Below, in pieces: positions 8,797 to 16,989 of a stretch of 30,622 nucleotides of DNA. Positions within the stretch are counted from its first letter, which is position 1; every line of letters starts with the position of its first letter. Location of the stretch: contig JAIRZH010000010.1 in assembly GCA_031267335.1 (NCBI GenBank), positions 1 through 30,622 of the forward strand, given 5' to 3'. The notes under the pieces were generated by a model. That model was not told the DNA's origin and did not search any database. It saw nothing but the letters and a program-made list of their open reading frames with translations. The stretch comes from Oscillospiraceae bacterium (GTDB taxonomy: Bacteria; Bacillota; Clostridia; Oscillospirales; Acutalibacteraceae). Made by a program: the position numbers and the translations under genes.

Positions 8797-9029
8797 TTTT
8801 AGAAAACCTTGATTACAGTTGGATTTTAGCCGCACTTTCAATAACGGGAACAGTCTTCAATGTGAAAAAGAAGGCTGTTTGTTTTTATCTGTGGGCAACC
8901 GGAGAGATCTTTTGGATGATTTTAGATTTTAGGAATAACCAGTACGGGCGTGTTTTTCTTGATGCCGTCCATTTTGGAATGGCAATTTGGGGGATTTTTT
9001 CTTGGAAAAAAGGAGATGAAAAATCATGA
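8793..9029 (+). CDS. Small 3-helix membrane protein, PnuC/nicotinamide-mononucleotide-transporter-like half
   Basis: 78 aa with three hydrophobic segments; G..FN.KK....FYLW and AIWGIFSWKK patterns; TTG start with RBS GAGGTG; overlaps both neighbours by 4 nt. Confidence 0.6.
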   Translation: MILENLDYSWILAALSITGTVFNVKKKAVCFYLWATGEIFWMILDFRNNQYGRVFLDAVHFGMAIWGIFSWKKGDEKS

Positions 9030-10294
9030 AAACGACAGAACGGCTTGAACTCGTGCCGATTGAAAAATTAGTCGGTTATGCTCGAAATTCACGCACACAT
9101 AGCCCGCAACAAATTTCGCAGCTGCGTTCATCGCTCAGAGAATTTGGTTTTGTAAATCCTGTGCTCTGCGACAAAGATTTTAATATTATCTCCGGCCACG
9201 GACGTGTCGCTGCTGCTAAAGAAGAAGGAATCACCAATATTCCATGTGTTTTTATTGAACATTTAACGGAGCAGCAAAAGAAGGCGTACATTTTGGCGGA
9301 TAATCGTTTGGCACTCGATGCAGGTTGGGATAATGAATTTTTATCGCTGGAACTTTCTGAACTTAAAGGTACAGATTTTGATTTATCTGTTCTCGGTTTC
9401 AATGATGACGAACTCAGCAAACTCTTCGACACCGACAAAGAAATTAAAGAAGACAACTTCGATTTAACAAAAGCTCTTGAAGAAGCAAACTTTGTTGAAT
9501 ATGGTGATGTCTGGATCTTGGGCAGACATCGTTTGATGTGCGGAGATGCGACAAATTCAGATGACGTGAAAACTTTAATGGACAATAAGAAAGCAAATCT
9601 TGTCCTGACGGATCCACCGTATGCAGTTTCAGTGCAGAGCCGAGCGGGGCTCACAATTATGAACGATGCAATGAAGAGTGATGAATTTTACGATTTTCTT
9701 TTCAAATCGTTTACGAATATGGCCGAAAATCTTGATGACAGCGGCTCTGCGTATGTTTTTCATGCTGATACCGAAGGAGTAAATTTTAGAAAAGCGTTTG
9801 TGGATGCAGGATTTTATCTAAGCGAAGTTTGTGTTTGGGTTAAGAACAAGTTTTCGCTCGGGCGCTCACCATATCAGTGGCAGCACGAACCGATTCTTTT
9901 CGGCTGGAAAGTCAAAGGAAGACACAGGTGGCTGGCAGGCAGAAAGGAATCGACAGTTTGGAATTTTAACAGTGTGAATTCAATCGATACGCAAGACAAG
10001 AACAAAGCATTCCACCCGACCGTTAAACCGTTGGATTTACTCGCTTATCCAATCAAAAACTCGTGCCAAGTTAACGGAATTGTACTTGATACTTTCGGAG
10101 GTTCGGGTTCTACTCTTATTGCTTGTGAGCAGACAAACAGAATCTGCTTCATGATGGAACTCGATAGAAAGTACGCTTCCGTGATTTTGCGAAGATTCCA
10201 CGAAAATTTCCCAAAGCAAGAAATTGTATGCAAGCGAGGCAGCAAAACATATCAATATCAAGATTTGGTAAAGGAAGTGAAAACCGATGAATAA
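9026..10294 (+). CDS. ParB-like domain fused to an N6-adenine/N4-cytosine DNA methyltransferase (beta class)
   Basis: N-terminal YARNSRTH/GFVNPVL/GHGR; DPPY (motif IV) precedes LDTFGGSGST (motif I). Confidence 0.93.
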   Translation: MKTTERLELVPIEKLVGYARNSRTHSPQQISQLRSSLREFGFVNPVLCDKDFNIISGHGRVAAAKEEGITNIPCVFIEHLTEQQKKAYILADNRLALDAGWDNEFLSLELSELKGTDFDLSVLGFNDDELSKLFDTDKEIKEDNFDLTKALEEANFVEYGDVWILGRHRLMCGDATNSDDVKTLMDNKKANLVLTDPPYAVSVQSRAGLTIMNDAMKSDEFYDFLFKSFTNMAENLDDSGSAYVFHADTEGVNFRKAFVDAGFYLSEVCVWVKNKFSLGRSPYQWQHEPILFGWKVKGRHRWLAGRKESTVWNFNSVNSIDTQDKNKAFHPTVKPLDLLAYPIKNSCQVNGIVLDTFGGSGSTLIACEQTNRICFMMELDRKYASVILRRFHENFPKQEIVCKRGSKTYQYQDLVKEVKTDE

Positions 10295-10355
10295 GTCAAA
10301 ACTAACACTCAGGTCACTTTTTTCAGGTTCGGGCGGATTTAAATTAGTGGTGTAA
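10287..10355 (+). pseudogene. 22-codon N-terminal remnant of a C5-cytosine DNA methyltransferase
   Basis: MNKSKLTLRSLFSGSGGFKLVV* matches motif I (SLF.G.GGF); starts overlapping the adenine methylase stop, then terminates. Confidence 0.75.
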
Positions 10356-10365
10356 TCAAAAATCT

Positions 10366-10569
10366 TTACTCTTTCAAATTGAGTCTCGAAACATCAATCT
10401 CACCTTGATTTGATTCAAAATCCTTTACGAAATTGCGAATAAAGTTAAGGATTTGACCGTTTGCTGAACGGTTTTCTTGTTCGCAAACAAATCTGAACTT
10501 TTTGAGAAGTTCATCTTCGATTCTAACAGAAAGATGTTTGATATTTTCTTGAGATTTAATTTTAGGCAT
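10366..10569 (-). CDS. Arc-like ribbon-helix-helix DNA-binding protein
   Basis: KHLSVRIEDELLKKFRFVCEQENRSANGQILNFIRNFV; ATG at 10569 with RBS AGGAGG (an alternative TTG start exists at 10611). Confidence 0.88.
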   Translation of the reverse strand: MPKIKSQENIKHLSVRIEDELLKKFRFVCEQENRSANGQILNFIRNFVKDFESNQGEIDVSRLNLKE

Positions 10570-10640
10570 AAAAACCTCCTTCGTTTGGAGAACCTTGCAA
10601 TTGCTGCGCAATTGTAAATTTACTCCTTTTTAAATGTGAT

Positions 10641-10678
10641 ATGAGTTCATAATAGCACAATTTTGAGTAAATTGTAAA
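10641..10678 (-). promoter_or_regulatory. Sigma-A-type promoter of the arc-like gene with downstream palindromic operator
   Basis: Minus strand TTTACA-N18-TATTAT with an extended -10 TG; ATGAACTCAT at 10641-10650. Confidence 0.55.
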
Positions 10679-10713
10679 ATGTTAAATATTTTTAAATTTT
10701 AGATTTAAATAGC

Positions 10714-10768
10714 TTGATAATTTGTTAAAACAGAGTTAATATAGATATAGAATGAACTCATAATAAAT
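10714..10768 (+). promoter_or_regulatory. Promoter/operator copy 1 (ligase)
   Basis: TTGATA-N17-TAATAT followed by ATGAACTCAT at 10752-10761; 47/55 identical to 11796-11850. Confidence 0.7.
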
Positions 10769-10784
10769 CCTTGGAGTGATTAAA

Positions 10785-11744
10785 ATGGATAGTATAGTAG
10801 ATAAAACAAATAAAAATAATTGGAAAGTTCAGCTTGCTCATAAGTTTGAAACAAAAAGGTTAAAAGACGGCGAATGGTTCAGTCTAAGTGAGAAAATCAA
10901 TGGTGTACGAGGGACATATTATGATGGCAAGATTTACAGCCGACAAGGAAAGGAAATATCCGGGCTGGAACATATTTTAGAAAGCCTTAAAAAATGTACG
11001 ACGTACGATTTACGATATGCAATGAACGAAATGGTTTTTGACGGCGAACTTATCAGAGATAACATTGATAACCTTTCTGACAACGAGAATTTCAGAATCG
11101 GAACAGGAATTATCGGTTCGGATGCACCGGAAAAGCCTGAAATTAAATTTGTAATCTTTGATATGCTGCCAAAATCTGAATTTGAAAAAGGGAAAAGCAT
11201 CAAAAAATATAGAGAAAGACTGGAAAATTTAAGAAGACTGAAGTTTGACGAATCATTTGAAAACAAAAAAGGAAATAAATCGCTCGAGCTTGTACCGATT
11301 CTCTACTCCGGAACTTATCAAGAAGTTGACAGTCAGACGAAAATCAACGAACTTCTCGAAAAAGTAATAAAAAATGGCAAAGAAGGCCTGATTCTAAACC
11401 GAGATACTGAGTATCAGACAAAAAGAAATCACGGAATCATGAAAATTAAAAAGTTTCAAACAATGGACTTGAAAATCAAAAATCTCGAAGAAGGCACCGG
11501 CAGACTGAAAGGAACGCTCGGTGCTTTTGTTATAGGCTACAAAAATGCTGAGGTCAGGGTCGGAACAGGGCTTACAGATATTCAAAGAACAGAGTTTTGG
11601 AGTTTGGGAGAAAAGTTAAAAGGCAGAGTAGTAGAAGTTAAATATTTTTCAGAAACTCAGGATAAAAACACCAAGAATTACAGTTTGCAATTCCCGAGTT
11701 TTGTAAGGCTCAGAGAGCTTGGAAAATCCGTAAGCTACAGCTAA
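10785..11744 (+). CDS. Minimal ATP-dependent DNA ligase (adenylation and OB domains)
   Basis: Motif I EKINGVR, III FDGEL, IIIa FVIFD, IV EGLILN, V MKIKK; OB domain GTLGA..VGTG...VEVKYF..SLQFPSF; start ATG 10785 after GGAG. Confidence 0.9.
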   Translation: MDSIVDKTNKNNWKVQLAHKFETKRLKDGEWFSLSEKINGVRGTYYDGKIYSRQGKEISGLEHILESLKKCTTYDLRYAMNEMVFDGELIRDNIDNLSDNENFRIGTGIIGSDAPEKPEIKFVIFDMLPKSEFEKGKSIKKYRERLENLRRLKFDESFENKKGNKSLELVPILYSGTYQEVDSQTKINELLEKVIKNGKEGLILNRDTEYQTKRNHGIMKIKKFQTMDLKIKNLEEGTGRLKGTLGAFVIGYKNAEVRVGTGLTDIQRTEFWSLGEKLKGRVVEVKYFSETQDKNTKNYSLQFPSFVRLRELGKSVSYS

Positions 11745-11795
11745 AAACACAAATTATTAGAGGATTGTACCAAAAAGTTTGTTCGCTAAGATATG

Positions 11796-11850
11796 TTGAT
11801 GTTTTGTTAAATTAGAGTTAATATAAACTTAGAATGAACCCATAATAAAT
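11796..11850 (+). promoter_or_regulatory. Promoter/operator copy 2 (amidoligase operon)
   Basis: TTGATG-N17-TAATAT followed by ATGAACCCAT at 11834-11843. Confidence 0.7.
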
Positions 11851-11866
11851 TCAAAGGAGAAAGATT

Positions 11867-12769
11867 ATGCTAAATCATAAATTTGGAATTGAAATTGAAT
11901 TTACAGGCATCACAAGAAATCAGGCGGCAAAAATCATAAACGATTTTCTCGGCGGAAGAATCAAGAAAACAAACGACCATTATGATACGCACAAAGTTTT
12001 TGCTCCCGACGGCAGAGTTTGGAAGGTAATTAGCGATGCGAGCATTCAAACACAAAAGAAATCAGGCAAAGCCACGGTAAATGCAGACAAAAGTTATAGT
12101 GTGGAACTCGTAAGCCCAATCTTAAAATATAAGGAAGATGTCGAGACTTTGCAGGAACTTATCAGAAAACTCAGAAAAAGTGGAGCTTTTGCAAACGAAA
12201 GTTGTGGAATTCACATTCATCTCGACGGCGAACCGCATAGTGTGAGAAGTCTTAAAAATTTCATAAACATAATCGCAAGTAAAAATGATTTGTTTTATGA
12301 AGCACTTCAAATAAAACCTGACAGAATTAGGTACTGCAAGAAAATGGATGAAACTTTGGTTAAAAATATTTCGAGAAAGAATCCAAAAACCATGAAAGAA
12401 ATCGCAGACGTTTGGTACGAAGGCTACTACCAAAACCGAGACATTCACTACCATGACAGCCGCTACCACTTTTTAAATTTACACAGTTTTTTTACAGGCA
12501 ACAAAACGATTGAACTCAGAGGATTTAACTCAGAATTTCATGCAGGCAAAGTAAGAAGCTACATAGTTTTGGCATTGGCACTTAATCATCAAGCATTAAC
12601 ACAAAAATGTGCAAGCTCCAAAAAACCTCAGATTGATAATCCTAAATTTGCGATGAGGACTTACTTAAACCGAATCGGGTTTATAGGCGAAGAATTCAAA
12701 AACTGCAGAGAGCATCTTTGCGAGACACTTAGCGGAAACTCAGCGTGGCGGTTTCGTATCGCCGCCTGA
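11867..12769 (+). CDS. Amidoligase family protein (COOH-NH2 ligase, Amidoligase_2-like)
   Basis: FGIEIEF, WKVISDASI, VELVSPIL, SCGIHIH, RY..LNLHS, TIELRGFN. Confidence 0.9.
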   Translation: MLNHKFGIEIEFTGITRNQAAKIINDFLGGRIKKTNDHYDTHKVFAPDGRVWKVISDASIQTQKKSGKATVNADKSYSVELVSPILKYKEDVETLQELIRKLRKSGAFANESCGIHIHLDGEPHSVRSLKNFINIIASKNDLFYEALQIKPDRIRYCKKMDETLVKNISRKNPKTMKEIADVWYEGYYQNRDIHYHDSRYHFLNLHSFFTGNKTIELRGFNSEFHAGKVRSYIVLALALNHQALTQKCASSKKPQIDNPKFAMRTYLNRIGFIGEEFKNCREHLCETLSGNSAWRFRIAA

Positions 12770-12877
12770 TTTCTAAAAATAGATACAAAATGAAAATTTG
12801 AAAGATAAATAAAAATTTGAAGAATAAAGAACAGATGCAAAGAACAAAAATTTTAAAAAATTAAAGGAGAAAACAGA

Positions 12878-13369
12878 ATGAGTGAAATAAACAAAAACGC
12901 AAGATTATACGGAGCTTACGGCTCGAATCTAAATTTGGAACAAATGAAATTTAGATGTCCAACTGCAAGAGTGATCGGAACAAGCCTGATTAAAGATTAC
13001 AAACTTCTCTTCAGAGGCTGGAAAAATACTGCGGTTGCAACAATCGAGCCTGAAAAAGGCAAAAGCGTGCCGATTCTAATTTGGGAAATAGAACCTTCTG
13101 ACGAACAATCGCTTGATAGGTACGAGGGTTTGCCACGATTCTATTGCAAGAAAGATTTTACGGTCGAGTTTAACGGTAAGCCAACAAAAATTATGGTTTA
13201 TGTAATGAACGAAGGTTATCCGATTGGTCAACCAAGCTGTGATTATTTCAGCATTGTTCGGCACGGATACGCTTCAGCAGGTTTTGATATTAAAATTTTA
13301 AATGATGCTTTGAAAGTGAGGGAGCAAAAACAGAAAGATCAAAAAAATATTAAGCAAGAAAGGTATTAA
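12878..13369 (+). CDS. Gamma-glutamylcyclotransferase (AIG2/GGCT-like)
   Basis: YGAYGSNL..EQM..RCP and LDRYEG motifs. Confidence 0.92.
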   Translation: MSEINKNARLYGAYGSNLNLEQMKFRCPTARVIGTSLIKDYKLLFRGWKNTAVATIEPEKGKSVPILIWEIEPSDEQSLDRYEGLPRFYCKKDFTVEFNGKPTKIMVYVMNEGYPIGQPSCDYFSIVRHGYASAGFDIKILNDALKVREQKQKDQKNIKQERY

Positions 13370-13372
13370 GAA

Positions 13373-13549
13373 ATGAACGAAATAATTAAATCGCAAATTT
13401 TGAAAATCAGAGACAGCGGTCTCACGAATATGTTTGATGTAAAAGCAGTGTTTGAACTCGCGGTCAAAAACGATTTTTATGAATTAGCGGATTTTGTTTC
13501 TGAAAATCCAAAGGAATATTCAAAATTTATTTTAACGGGTAAGGAGTAA
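13373..13549 (+). CDS. DUF5049-like small protein (not in the supplied ORF track)
   Basis: 58 aa MNEIIKSQILKIRDSGLTNMFDVKAV...FILTGKE; IRD.G.TNMFD motif; RBS AAAGG. Confidence 0.8.
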   Translation: MNEIIKSQILKIRDSGLTNMFDVKAVFELAVKNDFYELADFVSENPKEYSKFILTGKE

Positions 13550-13554
13550 AAATT

Positions 13555-13911
13555 ATGTCAAGAACTTTTGTTTATATTCGCACCAACAACCCAAATGCAG
13601 ATAATTTGAGAACTCAATATGAGCTTTTGGAAAAATACAATGTCGAGAAATGTTTCAAAGATATTTATTCAGGAAATTTAAAACCTGACGAACGCTTAGG
13701 ATTTTCAGAATTGATGAAAAATTTAGAAAGCGGAGATATTTTAATTGTAAAAAATCTTTCAAGAATTTCACGGTCAAATTTGAATCTTTTCAAGATCTTT
13801 GAAAAACTGAAAAGTATGAATGTTAAAGTTTCATCTGAAATTGAGGGCGAGGCAGATAAGATGATTGAGATTCTCGGAGCGCTGGCAAATATACAAAACA
13901 ACTTTGCGTAA
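13555..13911 (+). CDS. Stand-alone serine recombinase (resolvase) catalytic-type domain, lacking the catalytic Ser and the HTH
   Basis: DIYSG, ERLGF and GDILIVKNLSRISRS match the resolvase fold; YIRTNN replaces YxRVST; ends within helix E. Confidence 0.75.
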   Translation: MSRTFVYIRTNNPNADNLRTQYELLEKYNVEKCFKDIYSGNLKPDERLGFSELMKNLESGDILIVKNLSRISRSNLNLFKIFEKLKSMNVKVSSEIEGEADKMIEILGALANIQNNFA

Positions 13912-13940
13912 ACACTAAAAGCAATTATTTAAAATCTTTT

Positions 13941-13972
13941 GAAGAACTTCCGGCTTCGGAGGTTCTTCTTAG
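13941..13972 (+). terminator. Terminator-like hairpin closing the accessory cassette
   Basis: GAAGAACTTCCG-GCTT-CGGAGGTTCTTC with a short T tail. Confidence 0.6.
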
Positions 13973-13996
13973 TTTCAAGAAAGGCAGGTGATTCAA

Positions 13997-15628
13997 ATGA
14001 AAAAATTCAAACCGACAAAATTTATACTCCCAACCTCGCGTTATGATAAGGCAAGAGCCGATCACGCAGTAATGTTTATTGAGCAGTTAAGGCATACAAA
14101 AGGCAAGTGGGCGGGCGAGCCGTTTAAACTGATGCCGTGGCAGGAAGATATTATCAGGAATGTGTTTGGCGTAATCAAAGAGAATGGATATCGGCAATTT
14201 AACACAGCTTTCATAGAGATAAGCAAGAAAAATGGAAAGAGTGAACTCGCAGCAGCAGTTGCACTTTATCTTTTGTGTGCAGACGGTGAACAAAGAGCCG
14301 AAATTTACGGTTGTGCGGCCGACAGACAACAAGCAAGCATCGTGTTTAATGTTGCCGAGGACATTTGTAAATACTGCCCTGCGCTGGAAAGACGGGTTAA
14401 AATTTTGAAGTCGACCAAACGCATAATTTATTTGCCGACCAACAGTTTTTATCAGGTACTTTCGGCAGAAGCCTATACAAAACACGGATTCTCGAGCCAT
14501 GGGGTGCTTTTCGACGAGCTGCACGCCCAGCCAAATCGCAATCTGTTTGATGTCATGACCAAAGGCTCGGGTTACGCGCGAACTCAACCTCTGTACTTTT
14601 TGATAACAACTGCAGGAACGGACACACAAAGCATTTGCTATGAAATTCATCAAAAAGCAATGGATATTTTGGCAAACAAAAAGTACGATTCAACTTTCTA
14701 TCCTGTAGTTTACAGTACACCGACAGATGCCGATTGGACTAAACCAAAAATCTGGAAAAAAGCAAATCCGAGTCTTGGAATTACCATTGATATTGAAAAA
14801 ATCAGAGATGCTTGTGAGTCTGCCAAGCAAAACCCTGCCGAAGAAAACAGCTTTAGACGTCTGAGTTTAAATCAATGGGTCAAACAAAGTGTTCGCTGGA
14901 TGCCGATGCAAAAATGGGATGCTTGTGATTTTGCGGTCAACGAAAAAGCTCTCGAAGGAAGAATCTGTTATGGTGGTCTTGATTTATCATCGACTACCGA
15001 CATCACGGCGTTTGTTTTGGTATTTCCTCCGACTGCTAATTTGCCGCAGGCAAATCTAATGACCCGGACATACGAAGATGACAAATACAGCATTCTTCCC
15101 TACTTCTGGATTCCCGAAGAAAACATAGATTTGCGAGTCAAAAAAGACCACGTTCCGTACGATTTATGGCAAAAGCAGGGTTTTCTGAAAACAACAGAAG
15201 GCAATGTGGTTCATTACGGGTTCATTGAAAAGTTTATAGAAGAACTCGGAAAGAAGTACAACATCAGAGAAATCGCATTTGACAGATGGGGCGCAATTCA
15301 GATGACACAAAATCTTGAAAACCTTGGTTTTACTGTAGTTCCGTTCGGCCAAGGTTTTAAAGATATGAGTCCGCCGACAAAAGAACTTATGAAATTAGTA
15401 CTTGAAGAAAAAATTGCCCATGGCGGCCAACCCGTTCTACGCTGGATGATGGACAATATTTTCATTCGTACAGACCCTGCGGGAAACATAAAGCCCGATA
15501 AAGAAAAAAGTTCAGAAAAAATTGACGGCGCAGTTGCAATGATTATGGCTTTGGATAGGTCAATCAGACATCAAAACGCTGAGCCAATTACGTCAGTTTA
15601 TGATGAACGCGGGCTCTTAATAATTTAG
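13997..15628 (+). CDS. terL: Terminase large subunit
   Basis: Walker A ISKKNGKSE, Walker B VLFDELH, nuclease GGLDLSST and KIDGAVA; ATG 13997 fits RBS AGGTG (alternative GTG at 13988). Confidence 0.97.
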   Translation: MKKFKPTKFILPTSRYDKARADHAVMFIEQLRHTKGKWAGEPFKLMPWQEDIIRNVFGVIKENGYRQFNTAFIEISKKNGKSELAAAVALYLLCADGEQRAEIYGCAADRQQASIVFNVAEDICKYCPALERRVKILKSTKRIIYLPTNSFYQVLSAEAYTKHGFSSHGVLFDELHAQPNRNLFDVMTKGSGYARTQPLYFLITTAGTDTQSICYEIHQKAMDILANKKYDSTFYPVVYSTPTDADWTKPKIWKKANPSLGITIDIEKIRDACESAKQNPAEENSFRRLSLNQWVKQSVRWMPMQKWDACDFAVNEKALEGRICYGGLDLSSTTDITAFVLVFPPTANLPQANLMTRTYEDDKYSILPYFWIPEENIDLRVKKDHVPYDLWQKQGFLKTTEGNVVHYGFIEKFIEELGKKYNIREIAFDRWGAIQMTQNLENLGFTVVPFGQGFKDMSPPTKELMKLVLEEKIAHGGQPVLRWMMDNIFIRTDPAGNIKPDKEKSSEKIDGAVAMIMALDRSIRHQNAEPITSVYDERGLLII

Positions 15629-15675
15629 GATTTTAATCTTAAATCTAATCAAAAACTCATAAAAGGAGCAAAAAT

Positions 15676-16989
15676 ATGAATATTTTTAATATTTTCAAAT
15701 CAATTTTTCATTCAAGAGCAAGCCCAAAAGTGCAAAACAGTGTTATCGGCAGTCCATTTTTTGGAGTTTTAAGTTCAAGTGGAAAAGCAGTAAACGAACG
15801 TTCAGCAATGCAGGTAACCTGTGTATACGCTTGTGTTCGAGTAATTGCCGAAACAATCGCAAGTTTGCCGCTTCAAGTGTATAAGCGTACTGAAATTGGT
15901 AAAGAAAAAGCTCTAAAACATCCACTTTATCGACTTTTGCATGACGAATCCAACCCTGAGATGACGTCATTTGTGTTAAGAGAAACACTTATGAGTCATC
16001 TTTTATTATGGGGCAACGCTTTTGCTCAGATTTTGCGAAACGGAAGAGGCGAAATTGTAGCACTGTATCCATTAATGCCAAATCAAATGCAAGTTGACAG
16101 AACTTCAAACGGGCAGATTTACTACATCTACACCAAAAATTTAGATGACAATCTGCACGGAAAAGCCAAGCAAAACGGCATTCAGTTTTACCTGAAACAG
16201 TCTGAAGTCTTACACATTCCGGGTTTAGGATTTGATGGTCTTATCGGTTATTCACCAATAACAATGGCACGAAATGCAATCGGCATGGCAATAGCTTGTG
16301 AGGAATTTGGCTCTAAATTCTTTTCAAACGGAGCGAATCCGGGCGGAGTTCTTGAATCACCAAACGTAATAAAAAATCCTGAGAGACTTCGTGAAAGCTG
16401 GAACTCTTTGTTTGGCGGAAGTGGAAATTCCCATAAGATCGCCATTTTAGAAGAGAATCTGAAATATCATCCAATCAGCATTTCACCGAGTGATTCTCAA
16501 TTTTTGGAAACGAGAAAGTTTCAAATTGCAGAAATTGCAAGAATTTTCAGAGTGCCTCCACATTTAATCGGAGATTTAGAACACGCCACATTTTCGAATA
16601 TCGAAAACCAAAGCATGGAGTACGTTAAATACACGCTTGATCCGTGGGTTGTAAGGCTGGAGCAATCGATGCAAAAGTCTTTGCTGAGCGAATCTGAAAA
16701 ATCTAATTATTTCATAAAATTCAATGTTGACGGGCTTTTGCGAGGCGATTATCAGAGCCGAATGAATGGCTATGCAACCGGAATTCAGAATGGGTTCTTG
16801 TCTGTAAATGATGTCAGAAGTCTTGAGAATTTGGATCTTATTTCCGAAGAAGAAGGCGGGTTTTTACATTTTCTCAACGGAAACATGACAAAACTCAAAA
16901 ATGCAGGTTCTTGGAATGCCAAGTATTCAGATCAAAATTTAAACTACGAAAATAAGAATTTATCAGAAAAGGAGAGTGATGAAAAATGA
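15676..16989 (+). CDS. Portal protein (HK97 family)
   Basis: VYACVRVIAETIASLPL, LLLWGNAF, QFLETRKFQ..EIARIFRVPPH. Confidence 0.96.
   Translation: MNIFNIFKSIFHSRASPKVQNSVIGSPFFGVLSSSGKAVNERSAMQVTCVYACVRVIAETIASLPLQVYKRTEIGKEKALKHPLYRLLHDESNPEMTSFVLRETLMSHLLLWGNAFAQILRNGRGEIVALYPLMPNQMQVDRTSNGQIYYIYTKNLDDNLHGKAKQNGIQFYLKQSEVLHIPGLGFDGLIGYSPITMARNAIGMAIACEEFGSKFFSNGANPGGVLESPNVIKNPERLRESWNSLFGGSGNSHKIAILEENLKYHPISISPSDSQFLETRKFQIAEIARIFRVPPHLIGDLEHATFSNIENQSMEYVKYTLDPWVVRLEQSMQKSLLSESEKSNYFIKFNVDGLLRGDYQSRMNGYATGIQNGFLSVNDVRSLENLDLISEEEGGFLHFLNGNMTKLKNAGSWNAKYSDQNLNYENKNLSEKESDEK

Noticed and set aside
9076-9654. 192-aa antisense ORF
   Set aside because: Shadow of the methylase gene; Ser-rich composition typical of antisense frames
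14087-14653. 188-aa antisense ORF
   Set aside because: Fully inside terL on the opposite strand; no recognisable motif
15031-15072. Intein or intron in terL
   Set aside because: The insert is only ~13 codons and has no splicing motifs
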